Assembly (NCBI GenBank): GCA_005240105.1
Contig: SBAT01000262.1
Span: 1-37,996, forward strand
Reading direction: 5' to 3'
Length of the DNA stretch: 37,996 nt
Origin: Chloroflexota bacterium
GTDB taxonomy: Bacteria > Cyanobacteriota > Vampirovibrionia > Obscuribacterales > Obscuribacteraceae
Shown: piece by piece, positions 7,655 through 15,450 of the stretch
Position numbering within the stretch: position 1 is the stretch's first letter
How the letters are laid out: every line of letters begins with the position of its first letter
Translations under genes and position numbers: made by a program
The notes under the pieces: model-generated
The model's database searches: none
Told to the model about the DNA's origin: nothing
What the model saw: the letters and a program-made list of their open reading frames with translations, nothing else

Positions 7655-9343
7655 ATGCAACTGGGAGCAAAAGTCTGTGGTGTAATTTTTGCAGCTTCGA
7701 TACTGTCGATGGTGCCAAATAATGCTCAGGCTCAAGTCAGTACGCCGGCTTTTGTAAACCAAGTAAGCACACCAACTAAATCAATTGAAGCTGCACCAGT
7801 ATCTCAGCAAGTGCCACCACTTGAGGCTGAGGAAATCATGGCACCGATAACCATGGCTCAAGGCACGGTGCCTCCTGCCGATACGCAAGTTTCCTCTGAC
7901 GCTGTCCCCTTACGCAATGCCAAGCCTGCAAGCAATGCTGATAATGATGACGAATCGTTGAAGTTATCCGGTGCCGTAAGTCGACGTGGCTACCCAGCGC
8001 CGTTCGATCCGATCTTCCCAATGACGGAGTGGATCGGTGCTGATCATATGTATCCAATAGGTGTTCCTGACAGTGGTGCCACTTATCCCTTTGAAAAAAT
8101 GATGTGGAAGAAGTTTCCACTTCTGGCTAAGTCTCGCATCAGGATGTATGGATGGGCCAACCCTGGCTGGAATTACAGTACCTCTAATAACTCTAACCAG
8201 CCTTTGTCGTATGCCATCGTTCCTAGAGTTCCTCAGTTGGATCAATTAGTGTTTAGGGTCGAGCGTGTGCCGGATACCGTGCAGACCAAGCATATGGACT
8301 GGGGATTTCGTTTTAGCGGACTTTTCGGTATTGATTATCGTTGGACAACGGCGCAAGGATGGGGACCGGCCAGCAACTCATTGCTAAATCATAATTACTT
8401 ATATGGCTTTGATCCCGTTGAGTGTTATGGAGTTCTCTACTTTCCCAAGATAGCGAAGGGCGCGACTCTTAAATTTGGACGCTATATTTCACCGCCGGAT
8501 ATTGAAGCTCAATTGGCTCCGGACAACTTTCTCTGGTCGCATTCGCTTATGTTTACGTATGACACTTACACGCAGACAGGAGCAATTGCCAGCGTCAAAT
8601 TGAATGACCAATGGACAGCCCAGGCAGGTATCCATGCTGGAAATGACATGGCTCCCTGGAATGTGGCAGCAATTCCTACTGCGCAGGCATTTCTAAAGTG
8701 GACTTCCAAAAGAAACAATGACTCCATTTATGGTGGCGTATGCGATATCAATAATGGGCGCTATCGGTTGGCTCGCGAGGTGAACAATTCTCGGGCTATT
8801 GTCGATCAACTCAATTCATTGGGTAGCCAGCTTACGCCTGCTATAACGTTTAACATGCCGAAGATCCCCGCACACGATAACCTGCAACAGTTCAACCTGA
8901 CCTGGAGTCACAGGTTCAATAAGCGGGGCACGGTTATAACAATGACCGAGGCGTATCTGCTTTACTCAATTGATGCTCTAACTGGTGGCACGGTAAATAA
9001 TGGTCCACCCAGACGTTTCTTCACAGGCGTTGGTCCAGGCACATTTTTACCAGGCACTTCTCTTGCCTGGGGTGTTGTAAATTACACTGCCTTTAAGATA
9101 TCACCCAAGGACTTTATTGTTATCCGCCCCGTTGATTATTTAGGTGACCCGAGAGGTTGGCGCACGGGCTTTGCCGGTACTTTCACAAGCTGGACAGTTG
9201 GTTGGACACATCGTTTCAACGACAAGTTGTGTATCCGTCCGGAAATCAGGTATGAGACGGCGCTGAACAATGCCACACCCTGGAACAACGGTACGAAGGG
9301 ATCACAGTTCACCTTTGGCGGAGACCTGATTTACCGATTCTAG
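7655..9343 (+). CDS. Outer-membrane beta-barrel porin (OmpL/bbp2-like) with a long low-complexity N-terminal extension
   Basis: Signal peptide MQLGAKVCGVIFAASILSMVPNNAQA, followed by a ~100-aa P/A/S/V-rich linker. The remainder shows alternating amphipathic strand patterns and ends ...FTFGGDLIYRF, a C-terminal Phe beta-signal. An alternative TTG start lies at 7631. Confidence 0.7.
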   Translation: MQLGAKVCGVIFAASILSMVPNNAQAQVSTPAFVNQVSTPTKSIEAAPVSQQVPPLEAEEIMAPITMAQGTVPPADTQVSSDAVPLRNAKPASNADNDDESLKLSGAVSRRGYPAPFDPIFPMTEWIGADHMYPIGVPDSGATYPFEKMMWKKFPLLAKSRIRMYGWANPGWNYSTSNNSNQPLSYAIVPRVPQLDQLVFRVERVPDTVQTKHMDWGFRFSGLFGIDYRWTTAQGWGPASNSLLNHNYLYGFDPVECYGVLYFPKIAKGATLKFGRYISPPDIEAQLAPDNFLWSHSLMFTYDTYTQTGAIASVKLNDQWTAQAGIHAGNDMAPWNVAAIPTAQAFLKWTSKRNNDSIYGGVCDINNGRYRLAREVNNSRAIVDQLNSLGSQLTPAITFNMPKIPAHDNLQQFNLTWSHRFNKRGTVITMTEAYLLYSIDALTGGTVNNGPPRRFFTGVGPGTFLPGTSLAWGVVNYTAFKISPKDFIVIRPVDYLGDPRGWRTGFAGTFTSWTVGWTHRFNDKLCIRPEIRYETALNNATPWNNGTKGSQFTFGGDLIYRF

Positions 9344-9415
9344 CCATGATGCGATTTAAGCTCGTAGTATCCCCACTTAAACTCTAGGTGGTCGAGGTCC
9401 TATTCATTACAATGT

Positions 9416-10018
9416 ATGCGGAGGACTGCATTAGTGGATGGTTCGGACGCAAAAAGCGATAGCAAGCCCGCAGGCACCTTAGAGCCTATTGTGGATACCG
9501 GCTTCGAGCCGGTATTTCTTAAGGGCGGCGTGCAGAAGCATGGAAAGAAGGGGACACTAGGCGGACAGGTTGATACTCATCTAGATCCTGATGCCGGCAG
9601 CAATGAGTTGTTAATAGAGTGGGACATTTGGCGGAACAAAGTCTCCAATCAGATCAGCCGCAATCTGTCGAAACATATGAATGGTTGGGGTGGATACGAA
9701 GTAAACGCCATCACGCGTTGCGTTGAGCCGAAATTCCCCTCTGGCATCCAAGCTGGAGTCGACTTTGTAATTAGCGACGATCGAAAGGTCCTGAAGGTAG
9801 AGATCAAACGTCCTTCGGGCTATCCGGAATACGATCAACTAATAATGAAATCAATTTTCGAGCTTAGTAAAAAGCGTCAGGAAAAGTTACTGCGCTTTCC
9901 CGAACACTCCAGGCGCACAAGTGTTGAGCAAATGTTGGGCTTTCAAAGAGTGCATGGTCAGCAGCGCCAACCTTTTCTTAAATTCGGCGACACGGAAAGA
10001 GTGCAGTTAAGTAATTAA
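9416..10018 (+). CDS. Hypothetical protein with a TonB-C-terminal-like domain and no detectable signal peptide or TM
   Basis: 200-aa ORF. The pattern W..K....I.R.....(P)SGIQAGVDFVISDDRKVLKVEIKRPSGYPEYDQLIMKSIFEL resembles the TonB_C fold signature. GTG at 9434 has a better SD (GGAGG at 9420-9424, 9-nt spacing) than ATG at 9416. The 3' end overlaps the convergent queA by 12 nt. Confidence 0.5.
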   Translation: MRRTALVDGSDAKSDSKPAGTLEPIVDTGFEPVFLKGGVQKHGKKGTLGGQVDTHLDPDAGSNELLIEWDIWRNKVSNQISRNLSKHMNGWGGYEVNAITRCVEPKFPSGIQAGVDFVISDDRKVLKVEIKRPSGYPEYDQLIMKSIFELSKKRQEKLLRFPEHSRRTSVEQMLGFQRVHGQQRQPFLKFGDTERVQLSN

Positions 10019-11080
10019 CATGGCATCGCCATAACTGAAAAACCGATAGCGCTCTTCAATGGCCTGTTTATATGCTTGCATGATTAGATCATGTCCGGCA
10101 AAAGCGGATACCAAAACAAGTAAGCTCGAACGGCTTAAATGGAAGTTGGTTATCAGTCCACTGAGGATCTTAAACTGGTAGCCGGGCTGAATGTAGAGTG
10201 ATGTCTTGGATGAAGTAATAGGTACAAGCGATCCTGATTCGCCGGCAGTCTCTAGTGCGCGGCAGGACGTCGTGCCGACAGCAATAATACGACGTTTGTC
10301 GACAAGCGCTTTGTTGACCAACTCAACGGTACTTGTTGGCACAGATAATTCTTCCGATTCAATAGTATGCTCAGTCAGAGATGTAGTAATCGGTTTGAAT
10401 GTACCAGTGCCCACATGTAAGGTGACTTTGCCAATCTCTACTCCCTGTGACTGCAGTTTGGAAAGTAATTCATCTGAAAAATGTAGTCCGGCAGTCGGCG
10501 CAGCAACTGCTCCAGGGCTATTAGCAAAAATAGTTTGGTATCTTTCCAGGTCGTTGCTGCGTAAATTCTCCGCGTGCTCACGGTGGATATAGGGCGGTAG
10601 CGGGGCATAGCCTACTTGAGATAAAAGCGGATAGACATTTTCTGGCGCGCCAAGGTCAAGAAGGAGCCTTTTCTGTCCGTCCTCGGCAAATACAATTTCT
10701 TGTACGGTGATGGTGTAAGAAGTACCGTTCAATTCGACGGTCAGCTCTTCACCCTTCTTAAGTCGTTTTAGGGGTGTGGCTAAGGCCAACCAATGAGCCC
10801 GATTTCTTTGGGATGTATCCGGATGGAGGAGAAGAATATCAATTATTCCCCCAGTTGAGCGACGTGCAGTCAAACGAGCCGGGATGACACGCGTATCGTT
10901 AACAATTAGGACATCACCAGCGCTTAATAATTGAGGTAGGTCTGCAAATTGCTTATGCGCTATCTGCTGATTCTGCCGGTCGAGACACATCAATCTAGAT
11001 CCGTGCCTGAGTGTAGGAGGTTTTTGGGCAATCAATTCTGACGGCAAGTCGTATGCAAAGTCGTCGAGTTTGTAGTTCAT
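10007..11080 (-). CDS. queA: S-adenosylmethionine:tRNA ribosyltransferase-isomerase
   Basis: 357 aa. The N-terminus DDFAYDLPSELIAQKP...SRLM, the segments ...PLPPYI..., ...YQTIFA...GAVAAPTAGLHF... and ...VGTTSCRALE..., and the C-terminal FFSYGDAMLI are all typical of QueA. Confidence 0.93.
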   Translation of the reverse strand: MNYKLDDFAYDLPSELIAQKPPTLRHGSRLMCLDRQNQQIAHKQFADLPQLLSAGDVLIVNDTRVIPARLTARRSTGGIIDILLLHPDTSQRNRAHWLALATPLKRLKKGEELTVELNGTSYTITVQEIVFAEDGQKRLLLDLGAPENVYPLLSQVGYAPLPPYIHREHAENLRSNDLERYQTIFANSPGAVAAPTAGLHFSDELLSKLQSQGVEIGKVTLHVGTGTFKPITTSLTEHTIESEELSVPTSTVELVNKALVDKRRIIAVGTTSCRALETAGESGSLVPITSSKTSLYIQPGYQFKILSGLITNFHLSRSSLLVLVSAFAGHDLIMQAYKQAIEERYRFFSYGDAMLIT

Positions 11081-11100
11081 TGGAGTGTGGTCGAAAGTCC

Positions 11101-11106
11101 TATAAT
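11101..11106 (+). promoter_or_regulatory. Possible -10 element (perfect TATAAT) for the thioredoxin-like/kinase/queG operon
   Basis: TATAAT sits in the 91-bp queA/trx-like divergent spacer, 66 nt upstream of ATG 11172. I see no convincing -35 (best is TTCATT at 19-bp spacing). Confidence 0.25.
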
Positions 11107-11171
11107 CCAGTCGCTGTCTAATGTTGCGGTGTTGAACGTTGAGGAACCGCTAGGGCTGCAGACGGGATAGA

Positions 11172-11765
11172 ATGGACTATATGAGAGAGTCTGCTGCAAA
11201 TATTGGGGTTCTGGGCCTAATCTGGCTGGCGTTAATAAGCGCTGGATTTTTTGCCCTGATGAAGTACGAGTATACCCCTGGTCTATCGGCCGTAGATAGC
11301 TTTAGCTGGCCGAAAGATTCTAATATGCGACTAATGAAGCCGGGCTCCACGCTGGTAATGTTTGTCCATCCGCACTGTCCTTGTACAAGGGCAAGTATTG
11401 TTGAGTTGAGCAAGATAATGACACGCCAAAAGGACAAGCTCGCTGCTTATGTCGTCATTTTGAGCCCAAAAACGCTTCCTGCCGGATGGGAAAAAACCGA
11501 CATCTGGCGCTCCGCAGAAGGTATTTCCGGGGTTACAGTTCTTAAAGACACCGATGGGCAAGAAGCAAAAATTTTCGGTTCGCGTACATCGGGACAGACT
11601 ATGGTTTATAACTCTGAAGGGGAGCTTATTCACAGTGGTGGAATAACAGCTGCCAGAGGGCAAATGGGTGACAATAGCGCTGCCCAAGCCTTGATTGCCT
11701 CAGTAGAACGGCAGGCTGTAAGACCGGCTAAGACAATGGTATTTGGTTGTTCGCTTGGTCGGTGA
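11172..11765 (+). CDS. Membrane-anchored thioredoxin-fold (TlpA/redoxin-like) protein with an atypical C-P-C motif
   Basis: 197 aa with one N-terminal TM (IGVLGLIWLALISAGFFALM). The segment LVMFVHPHCPCTRAS (Cys69 and Cys71, nt 11376-11384) is followed by a redoxin-like beta/alpha pattern (...VVILSP...VLKDTDGQEAKIFG...TMVYNSEGELIHSGGIT). TGA is at 11763-11765. Confidence 0.6.
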   Translation: MDYMRESAANIGVLGLIWLALISAGFFALMKYEYTPGLSAVDSFSWPKDSNMRLMKPGSTLVMFVHPHCPCTRASIVELSKIMTRQKDKLAAYVVILSPKTLPAGWEKTDIWRSAEGISGVTVLKDTDGQEAKIFGSRTSGQTMVYNSEGELIHSGGITAARGQMGDNSAAQALIASVERQAVRPAKTMVFGCSLGR

Positions 11766-11781
11766 CAACGAGGTCGTGGAG

Positions 11782-14700
11782 ATGGAGACTGGCGTTGAAG
11801 TGGTTAGCAATTCGCAGGCGGAACGCGCCGAAGAATTGTTTTCCCAACAACAGCAAAGGCTTTATAGCCGTACTGACAAATTCTTCGCCTGTCTGATTAT
11901 TTTTCAGTGGTGCGTTGGAATTGTCACTGCTCTTTTGATATCGCCCAGAGCATGGGAAGGAATCGAGAGTAATGTTCATATACATGTCTGGGCTGCTCTC
12001 ATTCTTGGTGGAATAATTACGTCATTTCCCGTTTATTTGGCCCTTTGCCATTCGGGAAAAACAATCACCAGACATGTAATTGCTGTCAGCCAGATGTTAA
12101 TGTCGGCATTGTTGATCCACCTTTCAGGCGGTCGCATAGAAACGCATTTCCACGTCTTTGGCTCACTGGCCTTTCTAGCCTTTTATAGAGACTGGCGAGT
12201 GCTTATTACTGCTTCGTTGGTGGTAGCTCTCGACCATGCCTTAAGAGGACTTTTTTGGCCTCAATCCGTCTATGGGGTGTCTACGGTTGAACCGTGGCGA
12301 TGGGTTGAACATACTGGCTGGGTACTCTTTGAGGATATTTTCCTAATCTTTTCCATTAGGCAGAGTCGCAGAGAAATGTGGGGTTTGGCGTACCGACAGG
12401 CTGAGCTGGAGAATACTAATCAAACTATTGAAGCTAAGGTTGTTGAACGGACGACTGAGCTAGAGCAAGAGATTTCACATAGGAGACAGGCGGAAGAGGA
12501 GCTTGGTAGACGAGCGGCTGAACTTGATGAATCAAACAAAAAATTGGTTGAGACTGAACGTATTAAGGATGAGTTCTTTGCCAACGTCTCTCATGAACTG
12601 AGAACGCCCCTGACCTTAACCTTAGCGCCGATGGAGACATTGCTTAGTGACGAAGTAGGCTCCTTGAATGATGAACAGCGAGCTTTGTTGCAGACTATGC
12701 ATAACAACAGCATCAGGCTTTTGCAAATGGTTTCTGGTTTGTTGGACTTTTCGAAACTGGAGGCCGGCAAGCAGACAGTAAGGAGCCAGCCAACGGATGT
12801 TGTAGGGTTGACACAAGCAATAGTGGCTGACTGCCAGCCGCTGGCAGGACAAAAGTTAGTGGAGTTGGTATTTGCTACCGACGAGAAGAAAAATGTCATT
12901 GAACTAGACCGCTATCTTTACGAACGGATCCTCTTCAACCTCTTGTCCAATGCACTCAAGTTTACTGGCGAGGGCGGACAGGTAGTTGTCCGCTTGAAGA
13001 TGCAAGACGACAGATTGCTTTTGTCCGTTAGTGACACAGGAATTGGCATTGCCGCATCAGATATGACCAGTCTATTTCAACCCTTCAGGCAGTTGGATTC
13101 TGCAGCCACGAAACGAATCGAAGGGACAGGTTTGGGACTGGCAATGGTTAAGGAATTCGCCGAACTCTTGGGAGGCAGTGTAGGTGTGGAAAGTGAGCCT
13201 GGAAAAGGCAGCACATTTACTGTCACTCTGATGGCCAAGTCTTGCAATATTGTTGATGTAGATGGTTCGGAAGCAAGGACGAAGGTAATGGTGCCGCGCT
13301 TCAAGGAAGCAACACGTGCGACAACGATCAGGGGACAGGCTAGAACTTCATTTCCGAAGGTGCTCATTGCCGAGGACAATGAACGATTGTCATCATACAT
13401 TGCATCATTGTTAGACAAGTATTGTGAAACGCGAACTGCAGCCGATGGTGAAGAGGCATTGGAAATAACAAACGAGTGGCAGCCTGACTTGGTTTTGACG
13501 GATGTGATGATGCCTCGTCGTGACGGATTTTCGCTGTGTCGGCAAATTAAGTCTAACCCTAGAACCTCATCAATTCCAGTCGTAATCTTGACCGCGCTTA
13601 CTCATCGTGACGCTATGTTGCAGGGCTGGCAGTCAGGTGCTGATGAGTATCTGATGAAACCATTCCATCCTACAGAATTGGTTACTCGGGTCAAGACTCT
13701 TTTGCGTAGTATCGCTCAACACAAAGAAGAGATTCAACAAATAAGCGAGTTGAATATTTCCTTGGAAGGTAGGGTAATTGAACTTGCTGCCAGTAACAAA
13801 AAATTAGAGACTTTGTCCAAACAATTGCAACAGGCTCGAGATCAGGCGGTAAAGGCATCGAATTACAAATCTAGTTTTTTGGCTAATATGAGCCATGAGA
13901 TTCGCACTCCTCTAAATGCCGTGGTGGGAATGATTGAGTTATTGCAGCAAACGCCCCTGAATGAGCAACAGAAACAATTGGGCGAAATTCTCAGAAGTGC
14001 TGCCGACGTGCTTCTGGAAGTAATAAGTGATGTACTTGATTTTGCCAAAATTGAAGCCGGCAAGATAGAACTGAATTTGGCTGATTTCAATCTAACCATG
14101 ATGGTCGAGGAAACAGCGGAGTTGGTAGCTGAGAAGGCCCAACAAAAACAATTATCATTGTCTACATTTATTGATCCTGTTCTTGATTCGCAATGGCGTG
14201 GGGACGCCACAAGGTTGCGGCAAGTGCTTCTGAATTTATTGAGTAATGCCATTAAGTTTACGGAATCTGGGGAAGTAGTAGTAAAGGTTAGTCTCGAAAC
14301 CGAGGATAACGAAAACGACAGCATTCGGTTTTCTGTTACCGATACCGGTATTGGTTTGTCTGAAGAAAATATCCAGACATTGTTCCGACCATTTACGCAG
14401 GCGGATAGTTCTGTGGTGCACAAGTATGGTGGCACAGGACTTGGATTGTCGATTGCCAAGCTGATAGTCCAATTAATGGGCGGCGAAATTGGTGTAGAAA
14501 GTACTCTTGGACAGGGCTCTACCTTCTGGTTTGTCGTGCCCTTATTAAGGTCGCCGAATTGGATTGCGCCGGCTGAGCCGCCGGAAAGTTTACGAAACAA
14601 GAGCGTGCTAGTTATTGCCGAGCAACCGGGGACGGCAGAAGTCCTGAACGCGTATTTGTCTGCCTGGGGGACTCATTGCGATACCGCTCAATCGGCAAAC

Positions 14701-15450
14701 GAAGCAGTTAAGATGCTTGAAAGTTCGACTCCTTACAATATAGCCATTTACCAGTGTGCGGCTGCAGTGGATCCTACTGCTGAGGTTCTGGCAACGGAAG
14801 TTGTTGAATTGCTGTTTGCTCACTCTTCAATAAGGAAAATTGTCTGTACTTCAGTAAAGGAAAAGGGTCTGGGAGAAAAGCTCTTAGGACTTGGTTTTGA
14901 CGCTTATTTGTCATTGCCATTTCGTCGCAATAAGTTGCTTCATTGTCTGGGCGCGCTTTCCAGTAGTGGTGAAGGTGCAAGTGACAAAGTTGAAGTTAGG
15001 AAAGAATCTGAAGGTGCAGCTTCCACTGAGCACGGCGTCGCTCAAGTCTTGGTTGCCGAGGACAATGCGGTTAATCAGATGGTGGCAAAACTGCTATTGA
15101 AGGAATTGGGATTGGTAGCGGATGTGGTTAAGACAGGGCGGGAGGCAATTGAAGCAGTTGCCGCCAATAACTATTCACTGGTATTAATGGATTGTCAGAT
15201 GCCGGATATTGATGGGCTGGAAGCTACCAGGCAGATAAGGAGCAGTGAGGCATTGACAGGACGGCATGTACCGATTGTGGCTATGACCGCGCAAGCTATG
15301 CATGGTGACCGGCAAAAGTGTCTTGCAGCCGGCATGGACAACTATATAAGCAAGCCGGTCAGTCTTGTTCAGTTGAAGGAGATATTGCTGCAGTATGTCG
15401 AACCATCTTCAGATAGTACAATGACGGCATCATCAACGTTGGTGGAATGA
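11782..15450 (+). CDS. Giant hybrid sensor kinase: His-rich 6-TM sensor, coiled coil, HisKA/HATPase #1, REC, coiled coil, HisKA/HATPase #2, pseudo-receiver, REC
   Basis: ATG at 11782 follows GAGG at 8-nt spacing. An alternative ATG at 11743 overlaps the upstream gene. H-box 1 is FFANVSHELRTPL (His codon 12592-12594). G boxes 1 are DTGIGI and GTGLGLAMV. REC1 contains LVLTDVMMP (Asp codon 13501-13503). H-box 2 is FLANMSHEIRTPL (His codon 13894-13896). G boxes 2 are DTGIGLS and GTGLGLSI. The pseudo-REC spans aa ~953-1068 and has no acceptor Asp (IAIYQCAAA). REC2 contains LVLMDCQMP (Asp codon 15190-15192). Confidence 0.9.
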   Translation: METGVEVVSNSQAERAEELFSQQQQRLYSRTDKFFACLIIFQWCVGIVTALLISPRAWEGIESNVHIHVWAALILGGIITSFPVYLALCHSGKTITRHVIAVSQMLMSALLIHLSGGRIETHFHVFGSLAFLAFYRDWRVLITASLVVALDHALRGLFWPQSVYGVSTVEPWRWVEHTGWVLFEDIFLIFSIRQSRREMWGLAYRQAELENTNQTIEAKVVERTTELEQEISHRRQAEEELGRRAAELDESNKKLVETERIKDEFFANVSHELRTPLTLTLAPMETLLSDEVGSLNDEQRALLQTMHNNSIRLLQMVSGLLDFSKLEAGKQTVRSQPTDVVGLTQAIVADCQPLAGQKLVELVFATDEKKNVIELDRYLYERILFNLLSNALKFTGEGGQVVVRLKMQDDRLLLSVSDTGIGIAASDMTSLFQPFRQLDSAATKRIEGTGLGLAMVKEFAELLGGSVGVESEPGKGSTFTVTLMAKSCNIVDVDGSEARTKVMVPRFKEATRATTIRGQARTSFPKVLIAEDNERLSSYIASLLDKYCETRTAADGEEALEITNEWQPDLVLTDVMMPRRDGFSLCRQIKSNPRTSSIPVVILTALTHRDAMLQGWQSGADEYLMKPFHPTELVTRVKTLLRSIAQHKEEIQQISELNISLEGRVIELAASNKKLETLSKQLQQARDQAVKASNYKSSFLANMSHEIRTPLNAVVGMIELLQQTPLNEQQKQLGEILRSAADVLLEVISDVLDFAKIEAGKIELNLADFNLTMMVEETAELVAEKAQQKQLSLSTFIDPVLDSQWRGDATRLRQVLLNLLSNAIKFTESGEVVVKVSLETEDNENDSIRFSVTDTGIGLSEENIQTLFRPFTQADSSVVHKYGGTGLGLSIAKLIVQLMGGEIGVESTLGQGSTFWFVVPLLRSPNWIAPAEPPESLRNKSVLVIAEQPGTAEVLNAYLSAWGTHCDTAQSANEAVKMLESSTPYNIAIYQCAAAVDPTAEVLATEVVELLFAHSSIRKIVCTSVKEKGLGEKLLGLGFDAYLSLPFRRNKLLHCLGALSSSGEGASDKVEVRKESEGAASTEHGVAQVLVAEDNAVNQMVAKLLLKELGLVADVVKTGREAIEAVAANNYSLVLMDCQMPDIDGLEATRQIRSSEALTGRHVPIVAMTAQAMHGDRQKCLAAGMDNYISKPVSLVQLKEILLQYVEPSSDSTMTASSTLVE

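Noticed and set aside
7388-7762. 125-codon N-terminal extension of the CaCA ORF
   Set aside because: The extension begins with TTG, has no SD and would overlap the divergent porin gene by ~108 nt. Without it the product is a typical ~336-aa CaCA protein. The hydrophobic stretch within it (FLSVPTIVINIPVALLALGL) has no in-frame ATG, GTG or TTG that would include it. The start remains somewhat uncertain.
13863-14600. 245-aa minus-strand ORF inside the hybrid kinase gene (and similar ORFs at 12591..12899 and 13077..13418)
   Set aside because: These ORFs are antisense shadows of a strongly supported plus-strand gene with intact kinase motifs. Their products are low-complexity, S/C/N-rich and match no family, and they have no SD or start context.
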